The notes: generated from the sequence alone by a model not told the origin. A DNA stretch of 64,000 bases from Bacteroidales bacterium (GCA_016934055.1 JAFGTR010000008.1:69435-133434), one strand, 5' to 3'. Counted from the stretch's first letter, positions 15,683-25,035 are shown. Made by a program: numbers and translations.

Positions 15683-17610
15683 CGGAAGAAAAAAAGCTTA
15701 ATATCGTTCTGGCAGGTCAGGGCAATACAGGGAAATCTACTGTATTTAATTTTCTGACAGGTCTGCATCAGCATATCGGCAACTGGGCCGGAAAAACAAT
15801 AGAAAAATCAGAAGGTACCCTTTTCTATAAGGGATATACAGTGGATGTACTTGATCTGCCCGGCATATATTCTTTAACAACTTATTCTGTTGAGGAAGTC
15901 ATATCACGGGAGTATATTATAAATCAGAAACCCGATTGTGTCATAAACATTGTTGATGCCACCAACCTTGAAAGGAACCTGATTTTCACATTTCAGCTGC
16001 TTGAGCTTGAATGTCCGGTTATACTGGTTTTGAACATGGTTGATCTGGCAAAAAAGAAAGGAATTCGCATTGATTCCAAAAAACTCCAGGACATACTTAA
16101 TGTTCATGTTATACCCACCATTGCCTCACGCGGAGCAGGATTAACCTCTATTATTGATAAAGCTATTGAACTAAAAGAAAAAAAAGGGCAACACAAAGTT
16201 CATCATTACGGTAAAGAAATAGAGAATTGCATCAAACAGTTATCCGCTTTACTGGAGGATATAGATATTTCATATCCGGCAAGGTGGATAGCCATTAAGC
16301 TTCTTGAAAAAGATAAGGATATAATAAAACTGGTACAGAAAAAGAAACCGGAAATCCTTGAAAAAACCAAACAACTTCAAGATTATCTTGAGGATATTCA
16401 CGGGCACGATTCTTCACTCGTTATTGCAGATGAAAGAAGCCATCTCACCTGTCGTATCACAAGGGAAACAGAGACAATAGATGCAAACCGGAAGGCTTCA
16501 CTTAATGACAGGCTGTCTGCCATAACCACTGACCGGTTCCTGGGTTATATTGTGATGGTTCTGATTTTGGGAGGGATGTTTCTTACGGTTTTCATGATGG
16601 GCGACTTGCTTTCAGGTTTGTTTGATCCTCTTTTTATCAGCTGGCACAACTGGTGGAATGATACGGTTGGAACCACATTTATTGCTTCGCTTGGATGGGC
16701 GGCGGTTGAAAGTGTACTTGCCCTGGTCCAGATTGCCCTGCCCTATATTTTGCCTTTCTATATTATTTTATATATTCTGGAAGACTGGGGTTATATAGCC
16801 CGGATCTCTTTCCTGATGGACAATCTTATGCATAAAATGGGCATACATGGAAAGGCGTGCATTTCTTTCATCATAGGGCTCGGATGCAATGTTCCCGGGT
16901 GTCTTTCATGCCGCATCATGGAATCAAAACGGGAAAGGTTTATTACTGCCGTTCTTGTCACACTTGTGCCATGTTCAGCCGTATCCGTTATTGTTTTTGG
17001 TCTTGTTGGGAAATATGTGGGATTATTATGGGCTTTCGGATTATACCTTTTTGCACTGTTACTGATTTTCCTGGTTGGAAAAATACTCTCCAGATTGCTT
17101 CTTGGAGAACCTGTGGAGCTTATTATGGCCATGCCCGATTATAAAACACCTCAGATAAAAACAGTGTTATATCAGACATGGGATGCTTTGAAGGAGTTTG
17201 TTTACATAGCGGCGCCAATAGTTGTAATATCAGGCGTTGCAATTCACGGTATTGATCTTGCAGGATGGATGCCGTTTATTTCATCCATTTTAAAGCCTGT
17301 TACTGTTAACTGGCTGGGACTTCCTGCTGTTACGGGCATCCTGCTCATTTTCGGGATTTTGCGAAAAGAACTGATCCTTGTCATGCTGGCAGCATACCTG
17401 GGAACTACTCATTTTTCAGACGTTCTGAGTCCACAACAAATGATAACCTTTGCTGTTGTCAGCATGTTTTATGTTCCCTGCATCGCTACCATATCTGTTC
17501 TCTGGAAAGAATATGGCTGGAAGAAAGCTTTAATTGTATGCGTGCTTGAGATTTTGTTTGCTATACTGCTGGCCGGAATTGTAAACAGGATATTGAATTT
17601 TGTGTTCTAA
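15679..17610 (+). CDS. feoB: Ferrous iron transport protein B
   Basis: The N-terminal G-domain has G1 (GQGNTGKST), G3 (DLPG) and G4 (NMVD). A polytopic membrane domain with gate motifs follows. The start overlaps the feoA stop (ATGA). Confidence 0.9.
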   Translation: MTEEKKLNIVLAGQGNTGKSTVFNFLTGLHQHIGNWAGKTIEKSEGTLFYKGYTVDVLDLPGIYSLTTYSVEEVISREYIINQKPDCVINIVDATNLERNLIFTFQLLELECPVILVLNMVDLAKKKGIRIDSKKLQDILNVHVIPTIASRGAGLTSIIDKAIELKEKKGQHKVHHYGKEIENCIKQLSALLEDIDISYPARWIAIKLLEKDKDIIKLVQKKKPEILEKTKQLQDYLEDIHGHDSSLVIADERSHLTCRITRETETIDANRKASLNDRLSAITTDRFLGYIVMVLILGGMFLTVFMMGDLLSGLFDPLFISWHNWWNDTVGTTFIASLGWAAVESVLALVQIALPYILPFYIILYILEDWGYIARISFLMDNLMHKMGIHGKACISFIIGLGCNVPGCLSCRIMESKRERFITAVLVTLVPCSAVSVIVFGLVGKYVGLLWAFGLYLFALLLIFLVGKILSRLLLGEPVELIMAMPDYKTPQIKTVLYQTWDALKEFVYIAAPIVVISGVAIHGIDLAGWMPFISSILKPVTVNWLGLPAVTGILLIFGILRKELILVMLAAYLGTTHFSDVLSPQQMITFAVVSMFYVPCIATISVLWKEYGWKKALIVCVLEILFAILLAGIVNRILNFVF

Positions 17611-17687
17611 ACACATTTTTATCACAGAAGGGTTAAAAAAAGAAATCATTGAGAAATCGCTTTCTTATTTTTAACAAATATTTTCAC

Positions 17688-18086
17688 TTAAGGATTCATT
17701 GATCTCAGACAATCCAGTTGTTTTGGCTCCTGATTTTCATCCAGCGCCACAAAAACAAAGGTGCCTTCCACCACTTTTTCACGGTTTGAGCCATACATTT
17801 CTTCAGCATAAATCTCCACTTTTACATGAATACGAATAAGCTTAACCTTTTCAATCCGGCCGACTATCTCAATAATCGTATCGGGTTTGATGGTTTTGAG
17901 AAACTTTATCTTCTCAGTGTTCACTGTAAACATATGTTCATGGGCAAAGCGCGTTGCCGTGATAAAAGCCACCTCGTCCATCCACTTCAGGGCTTCGCCG
18001 CCAAATAATGTGTTGTTGGCATTAAGCATACATGGAAATATAGCTTTAAACTGCCGTGTAACACTATTTTCAATAAGATCCAGCAT
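17688..18086 (-). CDS. Acyl-CoA thioesterase (hotdog fold)
   Basis: MLDLIENSVTRQFKAIFPCMLNANNTLFGGEALKWMDEVAFITATRF is typical of YciA/Acot-type thioesterases. I chose the start at 18086 so that the palindrome at 18126 is intergenic. Confidence 0.75.
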   Translation of the reverse strand: MLDLIENSVTRQFKAIFPCMLNANNTLFGGEALKWMDEVAFITATRFAHEHMFTVNTEKIKFLKTIKPDTIIEIVGRIEKVKLIRIHVKVEIYAEEMYGSNREKVVEGTFVFVALDENQEPKQLDCLRSMNP

Positions 18087-18125
18087 GGCAATTAAAATTT
18101 TCTCAAAAATAATGAAAAGTATTTT

Positions 18126-18145
18126 AAATGAACTTATGTTCATTT
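18126..18145. promoter_or_regulatory. Palindromic operator, site 2 (aaatgaac-ttat-gttcattt)
   Basis: This is a perfect 8+8 inverted repeat. It is followed by a TAnnTTTG box (taaatttg, 18153..18160) and then the ATG at 18183. Confidence 0.75.
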
Positions 18146-18182
18146 GTTTTATTAAATTTGTATTAAAAAAGCAATGGATAGA

Positions 18183-18314
18183 ATGAAAAAGATCATAACG
18201 CTGTTATTAACTGTCATGCTGTTTGCATGCTTTTTTTTATCAACAGGTTGTTCAGCTCAAAAGAAGTATAAGGCAGTACCCTGTCCCTGTGAGAAACAGC
18301 ATAAGAACAGATGA
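18183..18314 (+). CDS. Small predicted lipoprotein (43 aa)
   Basis: The sequence is MKKIITLLLTVMLFACFFLSTGCSAQKKYKAVPCPCEKQHKNR, with lipobox LSTGC and a CPC motif. It is below the ORF-track size cut-off. Confidence 0.4.
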   Translation: MKKIITLLLTVMLFACFFLSTGCSAQKKYKAVPCPCEKQHKNR

Positions 18315-18430
18315 AACCACAATAAACCGGAATTGATTGTCCGCGCCCGGTTAAAGATTTTGATCAAAAACAATATCAAAAGAATTATTACATTTAGATA
18401 GAAATTTATATCTGGTTATCAAATAAAAAA

Positions 18431-18844
18431 ATGCCAAACCGAAGAAGATACAGAAGGGTTACCATGCCTCCGCCGATGGAAGGTTTTAAGCCTTTCGGTA
18501 TACCCATGCGTGAACTGGAACCAATTGTTTTACTTTTCGAAGAGTACGAAGCGATCAGGCTTGCCGATTATGAGGATCTGACGCAGGAAGAAGCCGCCTC
18601 TAAAATGAATATTTCAAGGCCTACATTCACCAGAATGTATGACAAAGCCCGAAAAGGTATTGCCAGAGCATTTGTTGAAGGGAAGGCCATTTTCATACAG
18701 GGAGGAACATATGTCACCGATGATTACTGGTACAGATGTTATGACTGCCATGAAACAATGATCTCGATGAAGCCTGCAAAGCACTGCAGAAAATGTGATT
18801 CGGATAATTTAATTCAATTAAACAAACCCGAAAATGCAAAGTGA
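18431..18844 (+). CDS. DUF134 (UPF0251) putative DNA-binding protein with a C-terminal zinc-ribbon extension
   Basis: The N-terminus RRVTMPPPMEGFKPFGIPMRELEPIVLLFEEYEAIRLADYEDLTQEEAASKMNISRPTFTRMYDKARKGIARAFVEGKAI is the DUF134 pattern (sigma-70 region-4-like HTH). The C-terminus has CYDC...CRKC. Confidence 0.75.
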   Translation: MPNRRRYRRVTMPPPMEGFKPFGIPMRELEPIVLLFEEYEAIRLADYEDLTQEEAASKMNISRPTFTRMYDKARKGIARAFVEGKAIFIQGGTYVTDDYWYRCYDCHETMISMKPAKHCRKCDSDNLIQLNKPENAK

Positions 18845-19016
18845 ATCTAAGGGCAATGAATTCTGTATTTGTGTGCACTGCAATACAAGGATATCTCATA
18901 AACGAGGTATTCCCTGCCGTCAGAACAAATGCCCGAACTGTGGGAAGGTTATGCTTAAGGAAGGTTCCTATCATCATCAGCTCTACCTGCAAAAATTCCA
19001 GAATAATAAAAAATAA
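18834..19016 (+). CDS. Small Cys-rich metal-binding protein (CxCxxC ... CxxxxCPxCG)
   Basis: It contains FCICVHCNTRISHKRGIPCRQNKCPNCGKVMLKEG. From memory, this type of small protein accompanies DUF134/NifX-like genes in anaerobes. It overlaps the DUF134 stop by 11 nt. Confidence 0.55.
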   Translation: MQSESKGNEFCICVHCNTRISHKRGIPCRQNKCPNCGKVMLKEGSYHHQLYLQKFQNNKK

Positions 19017-19039
19017 AACACATCTGAAACTTTAATACA

Positions 19040-19516
19040 ATGCCCAGTTTATCCCCGGGTACCCCTGGGGCAAAAGAAGCTTATGGTATTTCAATTATCC
19101 GTGACGATCTAAGCATAAAGATCCCGCCCAAAGCCTTAAACCGTTACGGCTTGTCGGACAACGATATCGTACTGCTTTGTACCACCCGTATCGGCGAAGG
19201 TGGTTTTGGAATTCTGAATAAAGAAAAAGCATATAAAAGTGTTTTTAAAACTGTCATCGACAAAATAGATAAACTGAATTCAATATTCTATATAAAAAGC
19301 AAAGCTTATGCCTTAACAGAGATCATTGAGGGAAAGGTTCTTTTTACAGAACAATTGTTAGAAGCTTTTAATCTGAAAAAAGGCGACCGTCTGCTTGTCA
19401 TTAAAAGCACAACCGTCTCAATGAGCTATTCACCTGTTGAAGTTTGGAAACGAAAATTTGAGCAAAGAGGCTTTTTTGAGGCCGTTGAGAATATGAAAAA
19501 ACTGGAAGAATTCTAA
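19040..19516 (+). CDS. Hypothetical protein, possibly two AbrB/SpoVT-like swapped-hairpin segments
   Basis: Two segments resemble the AbrB/MazE motif: LSIKIPPKALNRYGLSDNDIVLL and VLFTEQLLEAFNLKKGDRLLVIK. The assignment is weak. Confidence 0.35.
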   Translation: MPSLSPGTPGAKEAYGISIIRDDLSIKIPPKALNRYGLSDNDIVLLCTTRIGEGGFGILNKEKAYKSVFKTVIDKIDKLNSIFYIKSKAYALTEIIEGKVLFTEQLLEAFNLKKGDRLLVIKSTTVSMSYSPVEVWKRKFEQRGFFEAVENMKKLEEF

Positions 19517-19652
19517 CGAACTTTATATTTTAAGTTAAGTATTATGTATAATTGTTTATGCCCCGTGAACTTTTAAAGCATTTAAATGTTTTATTTTAAA
19601 TATTCTTACAAACGAGTAATTCTCATAAAATAATAATTTAAATTTAATAATC

Positions 19653-20120
19653 ATGAAAAATCAAATTGGTATAGACAGCAGTTATTCAAACCAGGTTGTA
19701 GAAAAACTCAATGGTTTGTTAAGCAATGTCCAGGTATTTTACATGAATGTCAGGGGATTTCACTGGAACATTACCGGAAGGCATTTCTTCAAACTTCATG
19801 AAAAATTTGAAGAACTGTATGATGATCTGAATGAAAAAGCAGATGAAATTGCAGAAAGGATTCTTATGCTGGAAGGCAAGCCGGTTCATTCTTTCACGGA
19901 ATACCTGAAAACATCTGAAATTAAAGAAAAGCTCAATGTATCTTCCGATATGGCTACAGTAAAAGAAGTCATTGACGGATTGGGCATCTTGTTGAAAAAG
20001 GAGAGGGAAATCGCATCTTTAGCTGCCGAAAATGCTGATGATGGCACAGTTGATTTAATGACAGGATATATTTCCGGACAGGAAAAGATGGTATGGATGT
20101 ACAATGCATTTTTGAAATAA
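19653..20120 (+). CDS. dps: Dps (DNA starvation/stationary-phase protection protein, ferritin-like)
   Basis: VQVFYMNVRGFHWNITGRHFFKLHEKFEELYDDLNEKADEIAERILMLEG carries the Dps ferroxidase-site pattern (H..W....F..LH..F.E.Y...D..AER). Confidence 0.88.
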   Translation: MKNQIGIDSSYSNQVVEKLNGLLSNVQVFYMNVRGFHWNITGRHFFKLHEKFEELYDDLNEKADEIAERILMLEGKPVHSFTEYLKTSEIKEKLNVSSDMATVKEVIDGLGILLKKEREIASLAAENADDGTVDLMTGYISGQEKMVWMYNAFLK

Positions 20121-20294
20121 ACGATAGAATAATTATTTAAGTTCATTATAACGATTGTTCACTTTCTCAAGGAAAGCCAGTTAATGACCATAATCTGACC
20201 ACTTACCGGTCAATCATTACTTCTTACCGATTTTTCATAGTTTCATGGTTTGATTTTTTCAAACTTTCACCTGTTAATTCAAAAAAACAGTGCT

Positions 20295-20936
20295 ATGAAA
20301 AAAAGTAAAGTTTGTCCCTGGTGGATGGGGTATATGCTTCTATTTCCTTTGCGTAAAATTGGTCAGGATCCCAAAAAAATACTTTCACCCTATATTAAGC
20401 CTGGAATGAGTATTATGGATTATGGTTGCGCCATGGGATATTTCAGTATTCCTCTTGCCCGGATGACCGGCAGGAAAGGGCATGTTTATTGTGTTGATAT
20501 TCAAAAAAAAATGCTGGAAAAACTTAAAAAGAGGTCTGTAAAATATAATGTTACATCTATTATACGGCCATTACAGGTGGGCATAAATTATCATCCGGCC
20601 GATTTATCCGGTCAATTGGATTTCATCCTGCTTTTTGCCGTAGTGCATGAGGTACCGGATAAAGAAAAACTATTCCGTGACCTTTATAAGATGTCTAAAA
20701 GCGGATGCAAAGTCCTGCTTGCCGAACCTAAGAGTCATGTAACAACCCGAAATTTTACGAAATCTTTGCTCTTAGCTCAATCAGCCGGATATAAAGTGAT
20801 TGATGAGAAACCTTTGCAAAACGGATTATGTACATTACTGATGAAACCAAAAGTTGTTGAACCTTTTGAAATGACATCACGATTTAATAAAAAAGATGCT
20901 TTTCAAGACCAACCTGAAATATCAATAGAACAGTAA
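20295..20936 (+). CDS. Class I SAM-dependent methyltransferase
   Basis: It has an N-terminal CPWWMGYML and SAM motif I (IMDYGCAMGYFSIPLA). I chose the start MKKSKV. Confidence 0.7.
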   Translation: MKKSKVCPWWMGYMLLFPLRKIGQDPKKILSPYIKPGMSIMDYGCAMGYFSIPLARMTGRKGHVYCVDIQKKMLEKLKKRSVKYNVTSIIRPLQVGINYHPADLSGQLDFILLFAVVHEVPDKEKLFRDLYKMSKSGCKVLLAEPKSHVTTRNFTKSLLLAQSAGYKVIDEKPLQNGLCTLLMKPKVVEPFEMTSRFNKKDAFQDQPEISIEQ

Positions 20937-21148
20937 AGCGGGATAATAAATAAAAGTCTCTGACCATTCTCTTTCCTGAAAAGTAATGCAAGAATTAAGA
21001 GCCAGGAATCATGACGAATACTTCTGATGGTATTGTTTGTCTTCTGATCAATCTGCCAGAGTTTGAAAGACCCGACAGAGCCGATGCAAGAAACACTTAT
21101 ACTGCTTCCGGAATCCAATGCCTGTCGATAAACAAAAGCACAACATCT

Positions 21149-21664
21149 TTAGAATTCAATCCCTTTTCTTGCCTCAACACCCTGCTTATAGTAATGTTTG
21201 ACTTCTTTCATTTCTGTCACAAGGTCGGCTTTTTCATAAAGTCCCGAAGATGCATACCGGCCTGTAATGATTATTTCCATAGATTCAGGTTTTTTATTTA
21301 AAAGCTGCATCAGTTCATCTTCAGTAAAAAGATTATAAAAGACGGCAATACAGGCTTCATCAAGAATAACCATATCAAAATCTCCTTCTTCAATAATCCG
21401 GGATATTTCCTTTAAGCCATTCCTGGCAGCTTCGATATCATTATGGGTTGGTTTATTATAGATAAAACAACCTAAACCATACTGTTTAATGGTTATTGCC
21501 GGCAGAAAAGAGTTTACCGCTTCAATTTCCGAATATGGCTTTCCCTTTACAAATTGGGCAAAAAACACCCGTTTCCCGGCTCCAACTGCCCTTAAAGCCA
21601 GGCCAAAGGCAGCAGTTGTCTTTCCTTTGCCATTGCCGGTATACAAATGAATATAACCTTTCAT
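21149..21664 (-). CDS. cobO: Cob(I)yrinic acid a,c-diamide adenosyltransferase
   Basis: MKGYIHLYTGNGKGKTTAAFGLALRAVGAGKRVFFAQFVKG...ILDE is the CobO/BtuR P-loop pattern. Confidence 0.88.
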   Translation of the reverse strand: MKGYIHLYTGNGKGKTTAAFGLALRAVGAGKRVFFAQFVKGKPYSEIEAVNSFLPAITIKQYGLGCFIYNKPTHNDIEAARNGLKEISRIIEEGDFDMVILDEACIAVFYNLFTEDELMQLLNKKPESMEIIITGRYASSGLYEKADLVTEMKEVKHYYKQGVEARKGIEF

Positions 21665-21855
21665 TTTGTTAAATTATGAAAGTTTCCAGTTACAAAAATA
21701 TTAATATGATTAAGAATTCAGAATCAATGTCATTAAGGGAAGGATTTTTTTGTCCTCTCCCTTCACCCTCTCCGAGAGAGGGACATAATCTGGTCTTAAC
21801 TTAACGACATTGAAATCAGAATGACGATTTTTGATTGTAGAAGGGTAAGATTAAT

Positions 21856-24447
21856 TTAATTAAACCTGTTATGCCTTCTCTGTTGTCTGTTAAGATGTCG
21901 TCTTTCATGACGGAGATTTACTTTATTTTGCTCATTAACAAAAGATTTACCCATTATATTGCCTATTTTAATGCCGAGATACACCGTACGGGGCAGAAGT
22001 GGCCCATACATATAGGCAGGGTCCCGGTCTATGCCTTTATCAAAATCTGACTGCCATGAATTGAATACATTTTTTATGCCCCCAAAGCACTGCAAGCTGG
22101 CTCCGTTAAGCTTTGCCGTATAAGTTAGTTTTACTCCGGCATCAAAAAATACCGGGGATTCATATAATTCACTTCCTTCAATAACATTCCCTTCACGAAT
22201 CTGTGAAATTTCATAAATGCGTTCTGCTGAAAGGACATTATCCTCATAAGGTGTCATCGGTAAGCCTTGCTCATATTCATTATACTGGCTGTTCTCATAA
22301 TCAGCAATGATATCAAAGCCAAAATGGGGAACCAGCATGCAGCCCGTAAAATTGCCTGTGACCGAGAGGCAAAAATCCGGAGCAAAATCCCAATCTATCA
22401 CAAAATACCCGTATTGACCCGGGGTACGAAAAAACCTTCTTTCATCAAACTCCTGTGCAACATCATATTGACTTGATTGTAACGTAAAGCCGGAAGTCAG
22501 AGAAAAATCATTTTGCGGCTTCAATTTAAATTCCATATTGATGCCTGCAACTGTGGCACCGTCCGCCGCATTAATCCGTGTATATCTTACAGTCCCTGTT
22601 TCGTCAGGGTCACCTATATCGTTCACGAAGGGATTATCCAGTCTTGTATAGAAACCTTCCAGCAGAATACCTGTGTAAAAGCTTCCTATCATACCATTAA
22701 AGTCGAGAGATGCCATGAGGCTTTGACTGTTTTCCTGCTTGAGTCCTGGATCATTTACATGTATTACCTTGCGTAATCCGGAAGTTTCAATATGAAGATC
22801 CTCATCAAATATTTGCGGGGCGCGGAATCCTTGTGAATAGCTAACCCTGGCCTGCAATTCCCTGATTACCTCATACATAATGCTGATACGCGGACTAAAG
22901 ACATTGCCTTTTTTAATATCGCCGGTATTTTCAGCAAGGTTTTTCACCTTAAAGTGATCATATCTTGCCCCGACGGCTATTTTCACCTTTTGAAACTTTG
23001 CCTCAACCTGAACAAAACCGGCCGATATTACTGACGACTGGTCTGCCACAATAGTATTCCCTGTATGAGGCAGGTTAACAACACTATCGTTAACAATAAC
23101 TGCATTATCAAAGTCAGGATATCCCAGTTTTTTATCGTTAAGAAACCCGCTTGTATTTTCAATACCGGCTATAATTGATGTATTATCAAAAACAGCTTTA
23201 TACTGAGCGCCGACATTACAGGTTTTATCACTTGAATTACCATAATCAACGAGTGATTGGTTTGCCCCGTAATATGAATCCCTGTTAAGAAACTGCCCTG
23301 AAGCATAAACCGAAAGCAGGTCATAATGCCTGAAGAACTGCTCATAAGTTACAGCACCTGTTTTTAAATTGTGTTTCACAGATTCGGCAATATCCCTTTC
23401 GTGTAAGGGAAGGTCTTGTTTATTTCCCCCGTCCCTTTGTTCCTTTATCACAAAAAAGTCCATTGTCAGCTTATTCCGGTATCCGAAACGATGAAATAAC
23501 CTTGTTCCAAGGGTAAGATTGTTCATAGGAGCTATCTCTGAAAACTCATCACTGTTGGCATCAAACATTTTCCTTTCCCGTGCAAAACCAAATAAGGCCA
23601 TTCCGGTTTTACGATCGTCAGAAACCATCGAAGTATTCATATGAGCAGAATAATCAGGTGCGCTGCTTTCTCCCTCATTAACACCAATACCTGTAAGGGC
23701 ATAATGAACGCCAGCTTCATATGAATTGATGACAGGATCTTTTAAAATAAGATTTATTGTTCCTGCAATGGCATTGCTGCCAAATAATGCGGAACCTCCG
23801 CCACGGACAACTTCCACCTTCTCAATCATATTGGCAGGTATAAGTTCCAGGCCATATACACCAGCCAGTCCGCTAAATACAGGGCGGTTGTTAATCAATA
23901 TCTGGGAATAAGGACCTTCCATACCGTTCATGCGCACCTGTGTAAAACCACAGTTCTGGCAGTTGTTTTCAAGGCGTAAACCCGGTGAAAAATTCAGTCC
24001 TTCACCCAGGGTAACTGACTGCGAACTATTATAAAGCCTTGAGGATATTGTATTAATGATCACAGGGGCGTCAACACGCCTCTGCTCAGTACGGTTCCCT
24101 GATACTACCACCTCCTCGAGGTGCTGAATATCTTCTTCCAGATCAAATTTAATTTCCTCTGTTCTGTTTGCTTTTGCAATAATTGTTTTTTCCTGGGTTT
24201 TATAACCTATCATGCTGGCCATAATGGTTATTTCTCCGGCAGGAACATTTATCAACTGATAGTGTCCTGTTTCATCTGTAACCGTACCTATTGTCGTTCC
24301 TTTTATTGAAACACTTGCAAAAGATATATGTTTTCCGCAACAAACCACATGGCCGACAATATTGGCATCGGTTTTTGTTTTTTGGGAGAAAACCGTACAC
24401 TGTATTGAAAAAAATAATATTACAGAAAAGATATGTAACCTGCTCAT
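21856..24447 (-). CDS. TonB-dependent receptor (CarboxypepD_reg-like N-terminus) with a basic 27-aa C-terminal tail
   Basis: It has a signal peptide, an N-terminal regulatory-like domain (IVGHVV..ASVSIKGTTIGTVTDETGHYQLINVPAGEITIMASMIGY), a plug (VVVSGNRTEQRRVDAPV) and a barrel. After the barrel-type end ...RTVYLGIKIGNIMGKSF the ORF continues as VNEQNKVNLRHERRHLNRQQRRHNRFN. Confidence 0.85.
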   Translation of the reverse strand: MSRLHIFSVILFFSIQCTVFSQKTKTDANIVGHVVCCGKHISFASVSIKGTTIGTVTDETGHYQLINVPAGEITIMASMIGYKTQEKTIIAKANRTEEIKFDLEEDIQHLEEVVVSGNRTEQRRVDAPVIINTISSRLYNSSQSVTLGEGLNFSPGLRLENNCQNCGFTQVRMNGMEGPYSQILINNRPVFSGLAGVYGLELIPANMIEKVEVVRGGGSALFGSNAIAGTINLILKDPVINSYEAGVHYALTGIGVNEGESSAPDYSAHMNTSMVSDDRKTGMALFGFARERKMFDANSDEFSEIAPMNNLTLGTRLFHRFGYRNKLTMDFFVIKEQRDGGNKQDLPLHERDIAESVKHNLKTGAVTYEQFFRHYDLLSVYASGQFLNRDSYYGANQSLVDYGNSSDKTCNVGAQYKAVFDNTSIIAGIENTSGFLNDKKLGYPDFDNAVIVNDSVVNLPHTGNTIVADQSSVISAGFVQVEAKFQKVKIAVGARYDHFKVKNLAENTGDIKKGNVFSPRISIMYEVIRELQARVSYSQGFRAPQIFDEDLHIETSGLRKVIHVNDPGLKQENSQSLMASLDFNGMIGSFYTGILLEGFYTRLDNPFVNDIGDPDETGTVRYTRINAADGATVAGINMEFKLKPQNDFSLTSGFTLQSSQYDVAQEFDERRFFRTPGQYGYFVIDWDFAPDFCLSVTGNFTGCMLVPHFGFDIIADYENSQYNEYEQGLPMTPYEDNVLSAERIYEISQIREGNVIEGSELYESPVFFDAGVKLTYTAKLNGASLQCFGGIKNVFNSWQSDFDKGIDRDPAYMYGPLLPRTVYLGIKIGNIMGKSFVNEQNKVNLRHERRHLNRQQRRHNRFN

Positions 24448-24540
24448 ATTGAATAAATAAAAATTAGCTCCGATAAAATAAGAGCATCTATGAAAGTATA
24501 ATCATCCGGAAATGCCGGATAATAAAAAAAACCGGTTGTA

Positions 24541-24906
24541 TTATTGATAATAAGGCGGCGATCTGCCTTTAAAAGAATCAATTCTTATCAGCAAACATGC
24601 TGAAATCCTGCCAGCAGAGTATAATGTCTTTTTTGTGATAACGGGTATGCCTGTAATTAATACAGCAACGAGGAAAAAGATTTGAATATTATTTAAGAAA
24701 ACAAATTCGTATTGTGTATGGTGATGCGATTTAAAAGGCTGATTATCATCTGATCTGTTGTAGGGGTGGGCATGATTCACAATCGTACCATCCTTCAGTT
24801 GATGTGAATGGGTGAAAATTGCTTTGTTGGCTATCAGCATACCCATAAGGCCAACCATAAAAAAGATGGTAACTTTTATGATTATATGGCTGATAGTTTT
24901 TTTCAT
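24541..24906 (-). CDS. Small His-rich membrane protein upstream of the TonB receptor
   Basis: It has two TM segments flanking FTHSHQLKDGTIVNHAHPYNRSDDNQPFKSHHHTQYEF. I chose the start MKKTISH. Confidence 0.55.
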   Translation of the reverse strand: MKKTISHIIIKVTIFFMVGLMGMLIANKAIFTHSHQLKDGTIVNHAHPYNRSDDNQPFKSHHHTQYEFVFLNNIQIFFLVAVLITGIPVITKKTLYSAGRISACLLIRIDSFKGRSPPYYQ

Positions 24907-25004
24907 CGCGCTGCAAATGTATATGAATTTCATTAATAATTCAATTCATCTCTGCAATGAAATTTGAACATATTGAATACGAAACATCCGGAAAATAGTT
25001 ACTG

Positions 25005-25035
25005 AAAAAAAGCCGCTATTTTGACAATAGCGGCT
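25005..25035 (-). terminator. Rho-independent terminator of the giant SprB-repeat gene
   Basis: The stem is agccgctatt (25011..25020) paired with aatagcggct (26..35). On the minus strand a T6-7 run follows it (plus-strand A-run 25005..25010). Confidence 0.8.

Noticed and set aside
20937-21148. A 212-bp convergent gap with two overlapping small ORFs (20903..21118 -, 21011..21301 +) could hide a gene or a pseudogene.
   Set aside because: Neither translation shows any motif or a signal/TM pattern. No repeat or structured element was evident, so I treat it as non-coding.
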